DNA of 64,000 bases from assembly GCF_009914755.1 (NCBI RefSeq), contig NC_060931.1; one strand, given 5' to 3'. Position 1 is the stretch's first letter. The number at the start of each line of letters is the position of its first letter. Source of the DNA: the human T2T-CHM13v2.0 reference genome, Homo sapiens. Made by a program: the position numbers and the translations under genes. Under the pieces are notes generated by a model that saw only the letters and a program-made list of their open reading frames with translations, was not told where the DNA came from and searched no databases. Below, in pieces: positions 13,431 to 28,655 of the stretch.

Positions 13431-15234
13431 TTATAATAATTAGATTTACTGTGTTACGCCTTAATAAAATTAAACGTGCTTTACTATATTATACCTTAAT
13501 ATGTATTAAGTTAATACATATTTATGTAGGATTTTAATTTCAGGAAACTTATTGAATCATAAGATAACCCAAAGAGAATTTTTAAGGGATTAAAATTCAT
13601 TCATTATATTCTACATATAATCTATTTGCCAAAATAGGAAAATGAATACATGTTTTTTAAAAGTGTCCACTGAGACTAAGGATTAAAACCAAAGTGTGTC
13701 CTGCTTGGAAAGAATCAGCACATCTTGCCCCAAGTGAGGATCCCTCACAGACAGCCTAAGACTCTGCTCCCAGATGAGCGCCCCCGGGCTGGACACTGAG
13801 CCGCAGAGAGTTGGGCTACTGGGGGCTCTCCTCAGGAAGGAGTGGGAGCAGCTGGAGCCACAGGAGCAGCAGGTGTCCTGACAGCCCTACATCAGAGCTT
13901 TGTGTTTAGAAACTCCAGGAAGTCCTTGCTGCACTTGGAAATCTTCCCCTCGCCCCCAACTCCCACAAAGGGCCAGACAGCTTAGAGGGAGAGAAGAGCC
14001 CCTCCAAAGGCTCACCAAAATGTGCAGCTGTCTGTTCTTTACTGCTGTCCTGCGAGCCCTTAAGGCATTTCAACAATGAACATCTTGATTTTCTGTGAAT
14101 TTATGGAAGAAAATGTGTCTTTTGAAACTGTACATAGTAGTATGCCCTTATCTGCAGGGAATAGTTCCAAGACCCCCAGTGAATGCCAGAAACTGCAGGC
14201 AGTACCCAACCCTATATATACTGTGTATTTTTACTATACATACTACCTGAGATAAACTTTAATTTATAAATTGGGCACAATATGAGATTAACAACCATAA
14301 CTACTAATAAAATAGAACAATTATGACAACACGCTGTAATAAAAGTCATGTGAATGTGGTCTCCCTTTTTCTCTCTCTCTCTCTCAATGTCTTTCTGTAC
14401 TGCATTCGTCCTTCTTCTTGTGGTGACGTGAGATGATACAGTGCCTATGGGATGACATGAAGTGAGGCGAATGACATAGGCATTGTGACATATCATTAGG
14501 CTACTACTGCCCTTCTGAAGATACATCAGAAGGAGGATCACCTGCTTTGGGTGATCACAGAGCATTGAGCCATGACGATGTAGATTGCTGTGCATCAGGA
14601 GCAGACAATGCTGATGTTTGGGGATCCTCGATAGTTGACGGGTTTTGTTGTTTTTTGTTTTTTTGCCATAACCTGCTGGAAGAACATTGCAATCAGTTGT
14701 TCTCTTTATTTTCAATTTATCGAAGTGTTGCTGCAGAGGTTGCAATCCTTCATTAAGAATATGAGGAATTTTAACACTGCATTCCATCCTAGGATCATAT
14801 TCCATAATTTTGTCCTTTAATGTCTGTGTAATTTAAAACGCTTCAGCAAATTTCAATTATGACCACATTGCTGGTTCTGCTTCAGTTTTTTCTTCATCTT
14901 TCTCTGCAGATGACTCAAAATTCATCCATTTCCTCATCTGTTAACACTTCTTGATGGCCTTCAATATCTTCTTCCACTTCAGCAAGCATGTCAGCAACCC
15001 ATCTCCACTAACTTGTCCTGCTGCACAAATGATTTTCCTAACTTCTCCATTGATCCCAGAGAAGCCTTTAAAATCATTCGTGACTTCACTCCATAAGTTC
15101 TTCCAGAAGGCATTTGCAATTTCTGGCTTTAATTCATCTGTTGTAGCTTTGATGAATGTTGTTCCATTAGCAATAGTGAATGGTTGTGCTGCAGTGTGTC
15201 TAGATTAACTTCTGCATCAATTGCTGATCAAATA

Positions 15235-16418
15235 CAGTCATGCACCGATTAATGCTGTAGACACGTTCTGAGAAATGTGTCATAAGATGATTTCATCATT
15301 GAATGAACATCATAGAGTGCATTTACAGAGACCTGGATGGTAGAGCCTACTACGCACCTAGGCTGTATGGTATAACCTATTGCTCCTAGGCTACAAACCT
15401 GTACCACGTTACTGTACTGAATACTATAGCCAATTGTAACACAATGATAAGTATGTGTGCACCTAAACATAGAAAATGTACAGTAAAAACAGGGCATAAA
15501 AGATAAAAAAAAGTTGCACACCTGAAGAGGGCACTTATGATGAATAGAGGTTGCAGAACTGGAATTTGCTCCAGGTGAGTCAGTGAATGAGTGGTGGGTG
15601 AATGTGCAGCCTAGGACATTACTGTGCACTACTGCAGACTTTATCAACACTGTGCACTTATGCCACACTAAATTTATTTTAAGATTACTTTTATTTCTTC
15701 AATAATATATTAACCTTAGCTTACTATAACTTTTTGACTTTATAAACTTTTAATTTTTCTAAATTTTTTTACTCTCGTATTAACACTTAAAATACACATT
15801 GTACAGCTGTACAAAAATATTTTCTTATTTTATAAGATTCTTTCTTTTTTTGTTTTTTACTTTTTAATCTCTTTTGTTAAAAACTAACATACAAACACCT
15901 CCATGAGCCTAGGTAGGCCTACACAAGGTCAGGATTGTCAACATGGCTGTCTTCCACCTCCATATCTTGTCCAACTGGGTGGTCTTCAGGGGCAATAACA
16001 TGCATGGAGTTGTCATCTCCTAGATGACAATGTGTTCTTCTGGAATGGACCTATCTGAGGCTGTTTGCACTTAACTTTTTCTGAATAAGTAGAAGAGGCA
16101 CACTCTAAAATAATGATAAAAGGTATAATAAAGTAAAGACATAAACCAGTAACATGGTCACTTATTATCATTATCAAGTATTATGTACCGTGCATAGTTG
16201 CCTGTGCCTGACTTTTATGACTGGCAGCACAGTGGGTTTGTTTGCGCCAACAGCACTACAGCTTTGATGAATGTGAGTAATGCATTGCACCATGATGTTA
16301 CCAAGGCTACAACATCACCAAGCAATAGGAACTTTTCAGCTCCAGTATAATTTTATGGGACCACCGTCATGTATTGGCTTTATTGTTGATCTAAATGTCA
16401 TCACATAGTACATGACTG
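15235..16418 (-). mobile_element. Tigger3b (Golem/MER7 family) nested in Tigger7
   Basis: TIRs CAGTCATG / CATGACTG with TA TSD; CCTATTGCTCCTAGGCTACAAACCTGTAC; ~1.18 kb. Confidence 0.9.
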
Positions 16419-16532
16419 TACCAGGCAGGTGTACTTGACCTTGACAAAATGAATGATGCCTCGGTCAGGGGGCTGAAGAAATGAGGTTGTATTTGGAAGT
16501 AAAATGCAACATCGACATTTTCTTTTTCGTAG

Positions 16533-16872
<340 letters not shown>

Positions 16873-16892
16873 GCATTGTCTATTCTTAATAA

Positions 16893-17347
<455 letters not shown>

Positions 17348-18834
17348 TGGTTTTGTTTTTTGACAGCGTGTGTATTCTTCGTTCTGTACACTACACCTGG
17401 CTTTATCATATGCCCTCAGCATTGCCACCTAATACCAGAGTCAATCTGTCCTTCCATGTTTTATGGTCTTGCTGCCTCCCTTGCACTTTTACGAATGTAG
17501 GTTCTACGGGACATCATCTCCCAGAAGAGCCCAGTTTCATTGCAGTTGAAAACTTGCTTTAGATGATATCCTTTCTCCTTAATTAATTTCCAACTCTGCC
17601 AGAAATGTAGCAGCATCTTCTTCATCTGCAAATGCAGCAACTCCAGCAATTTTTATATTTTTCAGTCCAAACCTATTCCTGAATCTGTGTAATCATCTCT
17701 TACTTGCAGTAAATGGCTTGGCGTCACCTGTTTCAGCGAATCCCTTGCTCATGTCTTGGTATCAGCTCAATGCTTTCTGGTGCAACCTGTTGCCATCGAT
17801 TGCAACATATTTCTCCTCAAGTCTTCCACCCACAAATGTAACGCCTTTTTCATCTTAACTAAGCACTTATCATGCACTGTGGCCATAACTTTGGCAGTTT
17901 GAGGTGCAACAGAAAAATTCACACAAATTTCTTTTTCCCTCCTCACAATTTCATGGATAGATTTGTTCTTACCACAGATCTTAGTAATCTCAGCACAGGA
18001 TTTCTTCCTTTCCTTATTAAGTTGAGAACTTTCACCTTTTTACACAAGGAAAGCACTTTGCAACTTCATTTTGGCATATCCGAATTGCCAGCATCAAGGA
18101 AGTCCTCCTTGCACTTGGAACTCCCCCGCCACACACAAAGGACTAGAGGGCTTAGAGGGAGAGAAGAGTGCTATTCTGGCGCTTTGAGGCATTATTAAAT
18201 GAAATAAGGATTACTTGAACACAGCACTGCAACACCTTGACAGTTGACCTGACAGAAGCTACTACTAAATGACTGCCAGGTGGGTGGCATCTACATTGTG
18301 GATGGACGCCCTGGACAAAGGAGGATTTGTGTCCCGGGTAGGATAAAGCAAGACAGTATGGGACTTCACCACACGATCCAGAATGACATGAAATTTGAAA
18401 CTTATGAATTGTTTATTTGGGGAATTTTCCATTTCGTATTGTCAGACTGAGATTTGTGGGTAACTGAAACCATGGAAAGCAAAACCTGACAGCAGTGAGA
18501 GAGGCTTCAATTCAAGTCAAATTAACAAGCATGCACTTGATGCCTTGGGCTGTGCAAAGTCCTGGAAAAACTGAGACCCACAAAAACACGGTTCCTGGGT
18601 ACTGCCCAGTGTGGACTGCAGGCAGGGCAAATGAAGGATTACCTGTTGTGCTGGCCAGGTTACGTTCTTAGTGCTTGCTTGATAAGACCTGCATGTTGTA
18701 GGACATCCTACCATATTCTAACATAAAATATGATGAAGGCACTTAAAAAAAAAACTCCTCAAAATCCTGCCACCAGGGGCAACCATTCTTAGCCTCTTTC
18801 TTGCTTACCCCTTCCAGACCTCCCTGCTCAGCCT

Positions 18835-19092
18835 ACATTCATTCATCATTGACCCTGTGCCTGGCACTCTGCTAAGGCTTTTTAATCTCACTGTATCCTC
18901 ACCACAAAGCTGGGTGGCAAGTACTATTAGAAAAAGTGGTATTGATATGGGCATTGACAGGAGTGTCAACCCAGTTTTCCAGGCAAGGAGACAGAGAGGT
19001 TTAAGAAAGGTCATTAACTTGCCCAGTTGCCCAGCTGGGAAGTGGCAGGACACACTACCAGGACTTTCTGACTGCAAAGCCCAGCTCTTAGC
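18835..19092 (-). mobile_element. MIR remnant
   Basis: TGTGCCTGGCACTCTGCTAAGG...TTAACTTGCCCAG...CTGACTGCAAAGCCC. Confidence 0.6.
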
Positions 19093-20449
19093 CTCCACAG
19101 AGGGTGAGTCCTATTCCCAGTTCCAGCTGGGCCTCCAGGTGACCTGGAGGAGCTTGGGTAGAGAGAAGCAGATGGTTAGGGCAGGAACTGAGGCTGGGCA
19201 GAGAAAACATTGACGCTTTGTTAAGAAGTTTATGCTTCACCTGGAAGGCAATGAAGCACCTTCTAAGATTCTTAAGCATCAAAGTAACAAGGCCTGTTTT
19301 GTGTTCCAGAAAGATCCTGCTGGCAGCCATGGGAGTGGTTATGGGGCAGTGCCCTGCAACAGGGTGGGTGCTTGAGATAGTCCAGGTAGAGAAGCTTAGG
19401 GAGGGAGACCCAAGAAACCTGTCCTAAGTGGTATCACTGGGCTCCACAGCAGAATGGATGGATGTGAGAGACAAGGGAGAAAAAGAAATCAATAAGAGCC
19501 CTAGACCAGGGTCCTAAGTTCAGTGACCCACGGGATTCTGTTAAGGATGACCTTTTACCTGTACTAAGTGCTGTGCTAGGCCCGAGGGTGCAAAGATGAA
19601 TTAAGCCTGAGTTCTTAACTGATTCACCTGACGTACTCCTGGGTGGGCTCATGACCAGACCACCTCGCACCGGGTTCCACTTGATGGAGAAGTGCAGGAT
19701 GGTGAGGTCGCATGTGTACCTTCCAGGCTGACACAAACATGCCGTTTGAGGTGAAGGTCTGAAGTCGAAGGGTTAGACAACAGTTGGTTTCTAATCATTC
19801 ACAAAAATATCTAGATGCTGTAACAAATTGTGGGGGAGGAAGAAAGAAACCATTTATTTCCATTTCTTTAATGCCATCAACATCAACTTTGAGTTTCCCT
19901 GTCCCAGATCTTGGTGTCATGCAGGGCCACATTCAATCATATTTTTTAAAGGGTTATTATTTTAAACTCATCCAGACTTGAGCTCTTTGTGTTATTAGAA
20001 AAAACAATCTCAGACATACCTTTGGCAGAATTGAATAGTAGTATTAATGCAATTAAATCTAACTGAATAAGATTTCATAGACCCTGATATTTTATACATA
20101 GTGACTTAGCCCCTCTGGAGTGGAGACTTCTGTAATGGGAGCAGCTTTCAGCTTTTGGAAATCTTCCGGTAGCATCAATCTACGTAGAGGGAATCTTGAG
20201 TCACACACTCAGGTGAACGAGAATACTGCTTTCTCTGTTTCCCATCACTCCCCTTGACTTCTGACTCAGGGACATTGAAGCTCAGTCTTTCTGGGTGTTC
20301 AGCCTGCACCTCCCAAGTGTGAGACACAGGAGTCTCACTGGTACAGGTCACCCATGTGGTTTTTGACCACTGTCCGCAGGGCCTTGTCCATGCGGCATTT
20401 GGGTGTGGAATTTCCTCTGAGGTTGCCTTTGGCCATGTCTGCCTAGACT

Positions 20450-20620
20450 CAGGGTCACAAACTAAAAACCCACACCTCCGATGTGGCCTGCAGAGGCATT
20501 TGTTCTCTTTTGGCCTACATGATTTTTTTTAATTATTATTAAGAGATTTCACATTTTTTAAAAACCCAGATGTCTAGCATCTTGTAAGACCTGTAGGATG
20601 TGCCAACCCTGGACCCACAT
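20450..20620. mobile_element. MER102-like hAT remnant (similar remnant at ~9590-9735)
   Basis: CAGGGTCACAAACT...GAGATTTCACAT...AAAACCCAGAT; subfamily from recall. Confidence 0.5.
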
Positions 20621-20795
20621 ATTCTTAGGGCACCAGTCAGTGGGGGCCGAGCATCAGGTATCCCCATCAGAAAAGGCTGTGTTCCCCAGGCCGTCTTGTT
20701 CCTAGGATGCCCATGGACATCAACAGCCATGGTCACCCCTGCATCATTGCCCTGCACTTTTGTTTTTCTCATAGGAGAGAAATAGTTTCTGTACC

Positions 20796-21205
20796 TGTCA
20801 TAGATTGGGTTCCCCTGAAGCCAACCTCGAGCGAGATTACATGCAGGAAGTTAAGTAGGAAGTGCTCACTGGGTCAACTCTTGAGAAAGGAGAAACGAAG
20901 GTGCAGAACTGAGCAGAGAGAGAAGCTGTGCTACTATGCAGTCTCAACCATAGCCTCAGCCCACCCACAGAGAGCTGGGAAGCTACGTGGCCCTTTAGTT
21001 GTGGGGAAAGGATCCTGGGATTCATACTCTTGTACCCACCTGTCATTGGATACAGCTGTCCCTGGAAAGGAGTGTGACCTTGAACCAGGAAGATTTCTTC
21101 AGCTGACGGCAGTATCCAGCAGCACCCCCAGCACCCCCAGCACCCGAGGAGTCCATCCTTCAGTGGGAAGGGAGATCTGGATGGTGTATAACAGCATCAC
21201 CTGTA
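20796..21205 (-). mobile_element. LTR16-type ERVL solo LTR
   Basis: TGTCATAGATTGGGTTCCCC...GCAGAGAGAGAAGCTG...GCAGTCTCAAC..GCCTCAGCCCACCC. Confidence 0.7.
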
Positions 21206-22040
21206 GCACCCATGTGGGAAGAACCAGCAGGCAAGCAGGGGTGCTGCGGGCCCCTCTGCCCACTGATGCGAGGGTCCTGTAGGCATTTGGGTCAAGTAGC
21301 GTGGAAGGCAGACATTCTTCCTGGGGCTTCCACAAGAGCCCAGGGGAGCCGCCCCGGAGGCCTGCCCCCAGACCGCCACCACCAATGCCGCAAGAAGCTT
21401 CCCACAAGACTCCTCGCCATCATCTTTCAGCCCCTCTGCCGTTCCCTAAGGACAGGGACTTTTAGAATACAAGTCTAAAAGAATTGCTGATCACTTCCCT
21501 CCCTGCCACGAATCTCCCTGAAACAATGGACACAGAGACAGCTACTTGTTGGACTAGGAGGAAGGGAAATGAGAACATGCAGGGAGATAAGGAAAACATA
21601 ACTGAATGTTGTTGGCTCTCTGCTTCCCCAAACCCTGGCCAGGATTCACAGACCAAGCGGCATGCAAGGCCTCACTCGACCCTACCAGCAGGACCATTCC
21701 CAGCCCCACTCCTCACTCCCTAGCTGAGTCCTGCAGCAGGGACTCTTTTCACTTTATTCTGAGAACCCTGACTCCACAGGGGCCTGAAAAGCAGCAGCAC
21801 TCTGGCCAAGACTCAAAGACATGAGGGGACGCCTTGCTCACATCAACGAACAGGTTCGGTTCCCTTTTTCCTCCACCTGCTTCCTCCTCCTTACTCCTCC
21901 CCAGCCTCTGCCCTCTCCACATCACACCCTACCCTGCTCTGCTATTTTCTTTACTAGGTCCTACTAGCATTGCATTATAATTAGGGGGTAAACCAGAGGC
22001 TTCACCTGCCAGGAGATGGGGGATCAAGAAGGCCAAGTCA

Positions 22041-22495
22041 AGGCCATTATGTGAAGTGAAATAAGCCAGGCACAGAAAGACAAATGTTCTTCACATATTC
22101 TCACTTATTTGTGGAAGCAAAAAATTAACACAATTGTACTCATGAATATAGACAGTAGAAGGATGGTGACCAGAGGCTGGGAAGGGTAGTGGGGAGTGGG
22201 GAGAAGGAAGTGGGGATGGTTAATGGGCACAAAAAAGTAGTTAGAAAGAATAAGACATGGTATTTGCTAACACAATGGAATGATGATACTCAAAAATAAT
22301 TTAATTGTACATTTTAAATAACTAAAAGGGTATAATTGGATTGTTTGTAACAGAAAAGATAAATGCTTGAGGGAATGGACACCCCGTTTTCCCTTATGTG
22401 ATTATTATGCATTACCTACCTGTATCAAAATATCTCATGTACCCCATAAATGTATACACAGACTATGTACCCACACAAATTTTAAATTTAAAAGA
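22041..22495 (+). mobile_element. L1MA (L1MA2/3-like) 3' end
   Basis: GTGAAATAAGCCAGGCACAGAAAGACAAA...ATCTCATGTACCCCATAAAT...TGTACCCACA. Confidence 0.9.
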
Positions 22496-24380
22496 AGGAA
22501 AATCAAGTCATCCTTCTTAGGGTTTCTGGCCAGTGTCCCCCCTCACTGCATTGTACTGCAGCTCCCTCTACCACTGTAGCCTTGTAGCCACAGTAGCCTG
22601 TGGGCCGATCTCGCCTGCCCATTCTTAGTGCACTTCTTGCCTGCACAGATCTAGTTGGCAGATTTGTAATTGTCTTTATCCACCCTTAGTGTATTTATAT
22701 GGGGTATGGAGGGAAATACACACCTATAATTTATAGAAACTATGTATATAATAAAACAAAACAGAGCAGCCTGATACCTATGTTAGGAAATATATCCCCA
22801 GTTATCCAGCCACACCTAGACTATTATGTAGAGAAGAGGGTGAGTGGTCGACCTGGGTGCTCTATGTGGTGAAAGGGGGGTGCCCTTCCATAAACCGCAT
22901 CTCAGAGGCTTTTGTCTCTGTCAGAATCTCTTTTCAATGGCCACAATTATTATGACATTTTTGTAAACGAGTTTGTGTGAAATGAGCAAAAGCTCCATCC
23001 AGGAAATGCCAAGTGTGGATGGTGGGTTTAAGGAAGAACAAGATGAGCACTTAGCTGCTGCCGGGGGTTGTGGGAGGCAATCCAGCAAGTTCCAAGGTGC
23101 CTGAGATTCAGGTAAGTGAGGAGGGAGCACATCGGACACTTATGGAAGGTGGGAAGGTGGTAGGACCACATTTGCCCTTTTCCAAACCTGGAGAGAAAAA
23201 AGATGTTCCCCCTGCCTTCAGCAGCTCTGACTCTGGAACAAGGAGCACAGACGACGAGCACTGATTGCATGCAGACTGGGAAGACGTGAGAGGAAAGTAG
23301 AGGACGTCATTGCAGCCCCAGGGAGAGGGGAACAAATAGGATCTGGCAGGCGGGAGTGGGGATTTGCAGGATGATTTCTGGAGAAGATGACAAGTGCTAT
23401 GGGCTCTAGAGGATGAAAAAGACTTCAAGCAGAGGACATCTCTTCATGGCTGGGGTCAGAGGGACAGCCATTGTGCCAAGGACAATTCTCGGAATAACCA
23501 CAGCCCATTCATCTCCCCCGTGCGGGGTGGAAGGAGGAATGGAAAGGAGGTGGATTGTGGAGAAGAGTCCTTCACAGGATTCTTCATCCTCCATCCTTCC
23601 CTAATATGACCCCAGTAAAATATAACATGAGACCAGTAGTGGTAAAGGGAGCTGTTTTCTTCATCTGCAAACCCAAAGTCGAAGCACAATGCCTCCACTT
23701 GCCTTTGATGTTCTGATAAAGATTGAATCTGCCAGGAAGGGCGATACCTGCCAGCTTCCCTTAGAAAATGAAGGCACAGACAGCTCATTAGGAAGACAAA
23801 ATTATCTTGATTTAGTCAATTTCCGTTTCTCTCCAGTTCACCAAATTTGTATTAACTGTTATTGGGGAAACTAATTAACTTTTCTGCTCCTGGAATCAAT
23901 TACTCATGCCCCTGGAATCAGGGGGATAGAGAGTCATTTCAAGAAATATATTTTGATTACCTACTATGTGCCAGGCATTTTTAGAGACCTGGAGATTCAA
24001 AGATGGAAAGCACACTCATCAGACTACCGGAGCTGCAAAGAAGAGAACGGCATAGGCCACCTTCTGCAATGGAAGTGAGTTGCATAGATCATAAAAGTAT
24101 GCATTTAGCAGGAGTTGCCCTGATACACACATAGTCACCCAGATCCCAGAATTCCTGAACCAGGACCTGTGATAGGCATTGCAGAGAAGCACTGCCTGCA
24201 GCTGCCTTCAATGGGCCTCCTCCAGAACTCTGCCCACTACAAAGGCTGGGCTGGGGCTAAAGGAATTGCTTGGGGATATTCACTGTAAAAATCCTTTCAG
24301 CTCCACCATACGTTTGAAATTTTTCACTAAAAAAAAAAAAAAAAACGTGAGAGAGAAAGAAGAAAGATCTGTTTTTTAAA

Positions 24381-24515
24381 CCAGTGCTTCTTAGACTTTA
24401 ATATGCCTATGAATCATCTGGTGATCTTTTAAAACACTGATTCTGAATGGGGGAAAGGGCGCAGAATAGCCAGCTCCCAGGTTATTCCCAGTCCAGCAGC
24501 AGCACACTGCCAGGA
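24381..24515. mobile_element. MER5B-like remnant
   Basis: CAGTGCTTCTTAGACTTTAATATGCCTATGAATCATCTGG. Confidence 0.6.
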
Positions 24516-24891
24516 GCAAGGCCAAACACAGCATGGTGACTGCGGTTAATAACAATGCATTGTATACTTAAAAATTGCTGAGAGAGTAGATTGTAAGTAT
24601 TCTCACCACTAAAAAAGGAGTATGTGAGGCAATGCCTATGTTAATTAGCTTTATTAAGCCATTTCACAATGTATACATATTTTATTTTTTAGGTTACAGT
24701 CTAGCTTCAGGAGGTACACATGCAGGTTTGTTACAAAGGTATATTGTGTGATGCTGAGATTTGGAGTATAATTGATCCCATCACCCAGGTAGTGAGCATA
24801 GTATCCAATGGGTTGTTTTCCAACCCTTGCCTGCCCCCCGTCTCCCCTGTTTTGTACTCCAGTGTTTGTTGTTCTCATCTTTATGTCCTTG

Positions 24892-25598
<707 letters not shown>

Positions 25599-26088
25599 CC
25601 ATGTGTGCCCAATGTTTAGCTTATGAGTGAGAACATGCGGTATTTGGTTTTCTGTTTCTGCATTAGTTCACTTAGGATAATAGCCTCTAGCTGCATCCAT
25701 GTTGCTGCAAAGGACATGATTTTGTTCTTGTTTGTAGCTGTATAGCATCCTATAGTGGACAATGTATACATATTTTGAAATATCAAGTGGTATACCATAA
25801 ATATACACAATTTTTATTTTTAATGAAAAATAACTATTTTCTAAAAGGCCTAAAGTGCTACACTACAAAAAGGTGTGAGTGTGCTCCAACAGATCAGATC
25901 CACTGAATATAATAGATACACTAGGTGAGGCAACTCTGAGTGGTGAGAAAGGGTGAAGAGCCCTTCCCAGGGGATGTGGAAAGCAAGGGGACCTGTGGCA
26001 TTAAATACATGGTATTTGCAAGCAGAGATGGGGCTCCAAGGTGGGTCTCACCATTGGCTATTCATTAAAACCCTCCAGGGTAGGTTAA

Positions 26089-26517
<429 letters not shown>

Positions 26518-28209
26518 TGACAACAGGTGTCCTGCACTGATTCTCACCTGTGTGTTCCGAGCTGGTAAGCTGAGATGCAGGTGTCCTTCGTGATGGGCTG
26601 TCTCCTTACTCTGCCTGCAAGGACTGAAGCTCAGCAGGGGTGAGAGTGATTTTCTTTACCCCACAGGGAGATTGGGCTGTGCGGCGCCACCCCCAGTCAT
26701 GCCATCACGCTGCATGGGGCAGCCTTTCCTTTCATCATGCATTCTTGCAGCTGGCAAGGAATTTGGGACCCATAAGGCAGCAGTCAGCCCAAACCAAGGC
26801 CCGCAAGGGCCCTGTGACCTCCCTGCAGTCACTTTGCCAAGAAACAAACACACCAGGAGTGAGGTGAAGGCCCAGTACCTCCCAGACCAAGGCTCCCTCT
26901 AGGAAACCTGTGAGAACATACTTTTGACCATCAGGTGCAGATGTCCCCAGGCCCTCTCCAGGGGAAGAAAGGATTCTGTGGCCTCCATCCGTCTCACTAG
27001 AGCAGCGCTGAAGGGAGAAGGGGAAGGGAGCCGGGAGCTGCTTGATTAGCTCCTATACACCATGCACCTGGTCGGAAGCCATCCCAAGTACCATCTCTTC
27101 TAATCCTCACAGCATATGGGGACACCATGGTCTTGAGTGGTGGGTCTGGTTGTACCCATCTCCCCTGCTGGGCCCCCAGGGGGCCTCTCCAATGTAAGGG
27201 TAAAGAGTCCAGGCAAGAAGCTGGGTTTCCATTTCTGTTTGGAGACACCACTGGGTGGGCCAAGTTCTGAGGCCCACCAAGGACTGACGGCACCAGCCAG
27301 GGGCTCCCCTCCAACCTCCACCCCAAGACACACAGGAGCTTGATTCTATTTCACCAACCAAGGGCTCCTCCTACCCAAATCCACGTTCTAGTTACAGATA
27401 GCAGAGTCCACTAGAGGGTCATGAATCACTCCTATTATTTGCAGTTCTGAAACCAATCAGTCTAAAAGGTCAGCCATCCCTCGCATTGAGCACACTCTCA
27501 TAGTTAGGCCACAGCAACCTGGGGACTCTGGCCCTGGCCCTTTGACCTGCCGCAGTGACTGCCTGTGTGCCAGTGGGAGATGGGACACAGAACAACCTTC
27601 TAGACAACAGGGCGCTGCTCCCAGTGGCTGCACGGCCCAAACCCATGACTGAAATCAGAAGAGAAGCCAAGTCCAGGACAAGAAATCCTCCCTATTGCCA
27701 AGCCAAACACGACGTCGTGGCAGCTAAGGCCTCGGCAGCACCTTCCCAAACTGTGGAGAAGGAAGCAGAGCCGCTCTCTCCCGTGAGATGTCAGACTCTC
27801 CCAGGCCACCAAAGGAAAGTCTAGTGGGTGGCACCTTCCCTGCACACCCCGGAGTAAGGGTGGGAACCGCTCATATCCTGGCATGAGTGAATGAGTGAGT
27901 GAATGAATGATACTCATTGATCTCTGCTCTGAACTAGGCACTGGGAAGGGGCCTTTTACAGGCTGCCTCAGTAAATCCTCACCGCAAAGTAGATGTAGTC
28001 TGGTCCCAAACAAGGCCCAAGGAGGCTGGCTAACCTGCCCATGTCACTCCGATAAGGGGCACATGACAGCCGGGGACCTGCAGGATATGTTAAGGGCCCT
28101 AGGCCAAGTGAACCCCCAGAAGGCCAAGGTCATTTCCTCCCAGCCACCGCCTTCTGAACTGGAGGACTGAGACACACCTGGAAAACAAAGCCCACAGACA
28201 CACCCAAAC

Positions 28210-28655
28210 CCCGAAGGAGAAAGAAGTGCGGACTGGGGACCTGCTTTCAGGACCGCCCAGGCTGACTCTGGGCCCGCGGCAGGGCGGGGCGGGGGGCGGG
28301 GGGGCGGAGTTGGGGGATAGGACTCGAGCACCCCCCGGGGCAGAGCATTGCCGGGTGAGCCGCATCCCTGCCTGGAACATATGAGAGGTGCGGGGTGTAG
28401 GGGAAGTGGGAGCACGCGGGGGGTCTGGGGAGGGGACAGACCGAAGGCAGAGACCACCGCGACAGACACCTATCGAACTTCACGCTAAGGACTGCTCGTT
28501 TTACTGATCCGGACTCAGCCCTTAGCGCTGGGCGGTACCACGCGCCGCCAGTGCGGATCATCTGGGCACTGGCGCCACCTAGTGCTGGCAGCGCGGCAAT
28601 GGCCCTTTTACCGACTCGCGCGTCTATAGTGCGGCCTCACACAACCTCTGCGGAG
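28210..28655. promoter_or_regulatory. CpG island with GC boxes
   Basis: About 38 CpG in ~450 bp (hand count) against a CpG-depleted background; four GGGCGG boxes at 28282-28307. Confidence 0.85.
28570..28588 (-). promoter_or_regulatory. CTCF-like binding site
   Basis: Minus strand CCAGCACTAGGTGGCGCCA matches CTCF core CCASYAGRKGGCRS with one mismatch. Confidence 0.65.

Noticed and set aside
14212-14805. Longest ORF in the window (197 aa)
   Set aside because: Only the first ~35 aa resemble the Tigger transposase C-terminus; the rest reads through non-coding MER44-type terminal sequence.
20707-21282. 191-aa ORF
   Set aside because: Mostly antisense to an LTR16-type LTR; no recognisable domain or splice support.
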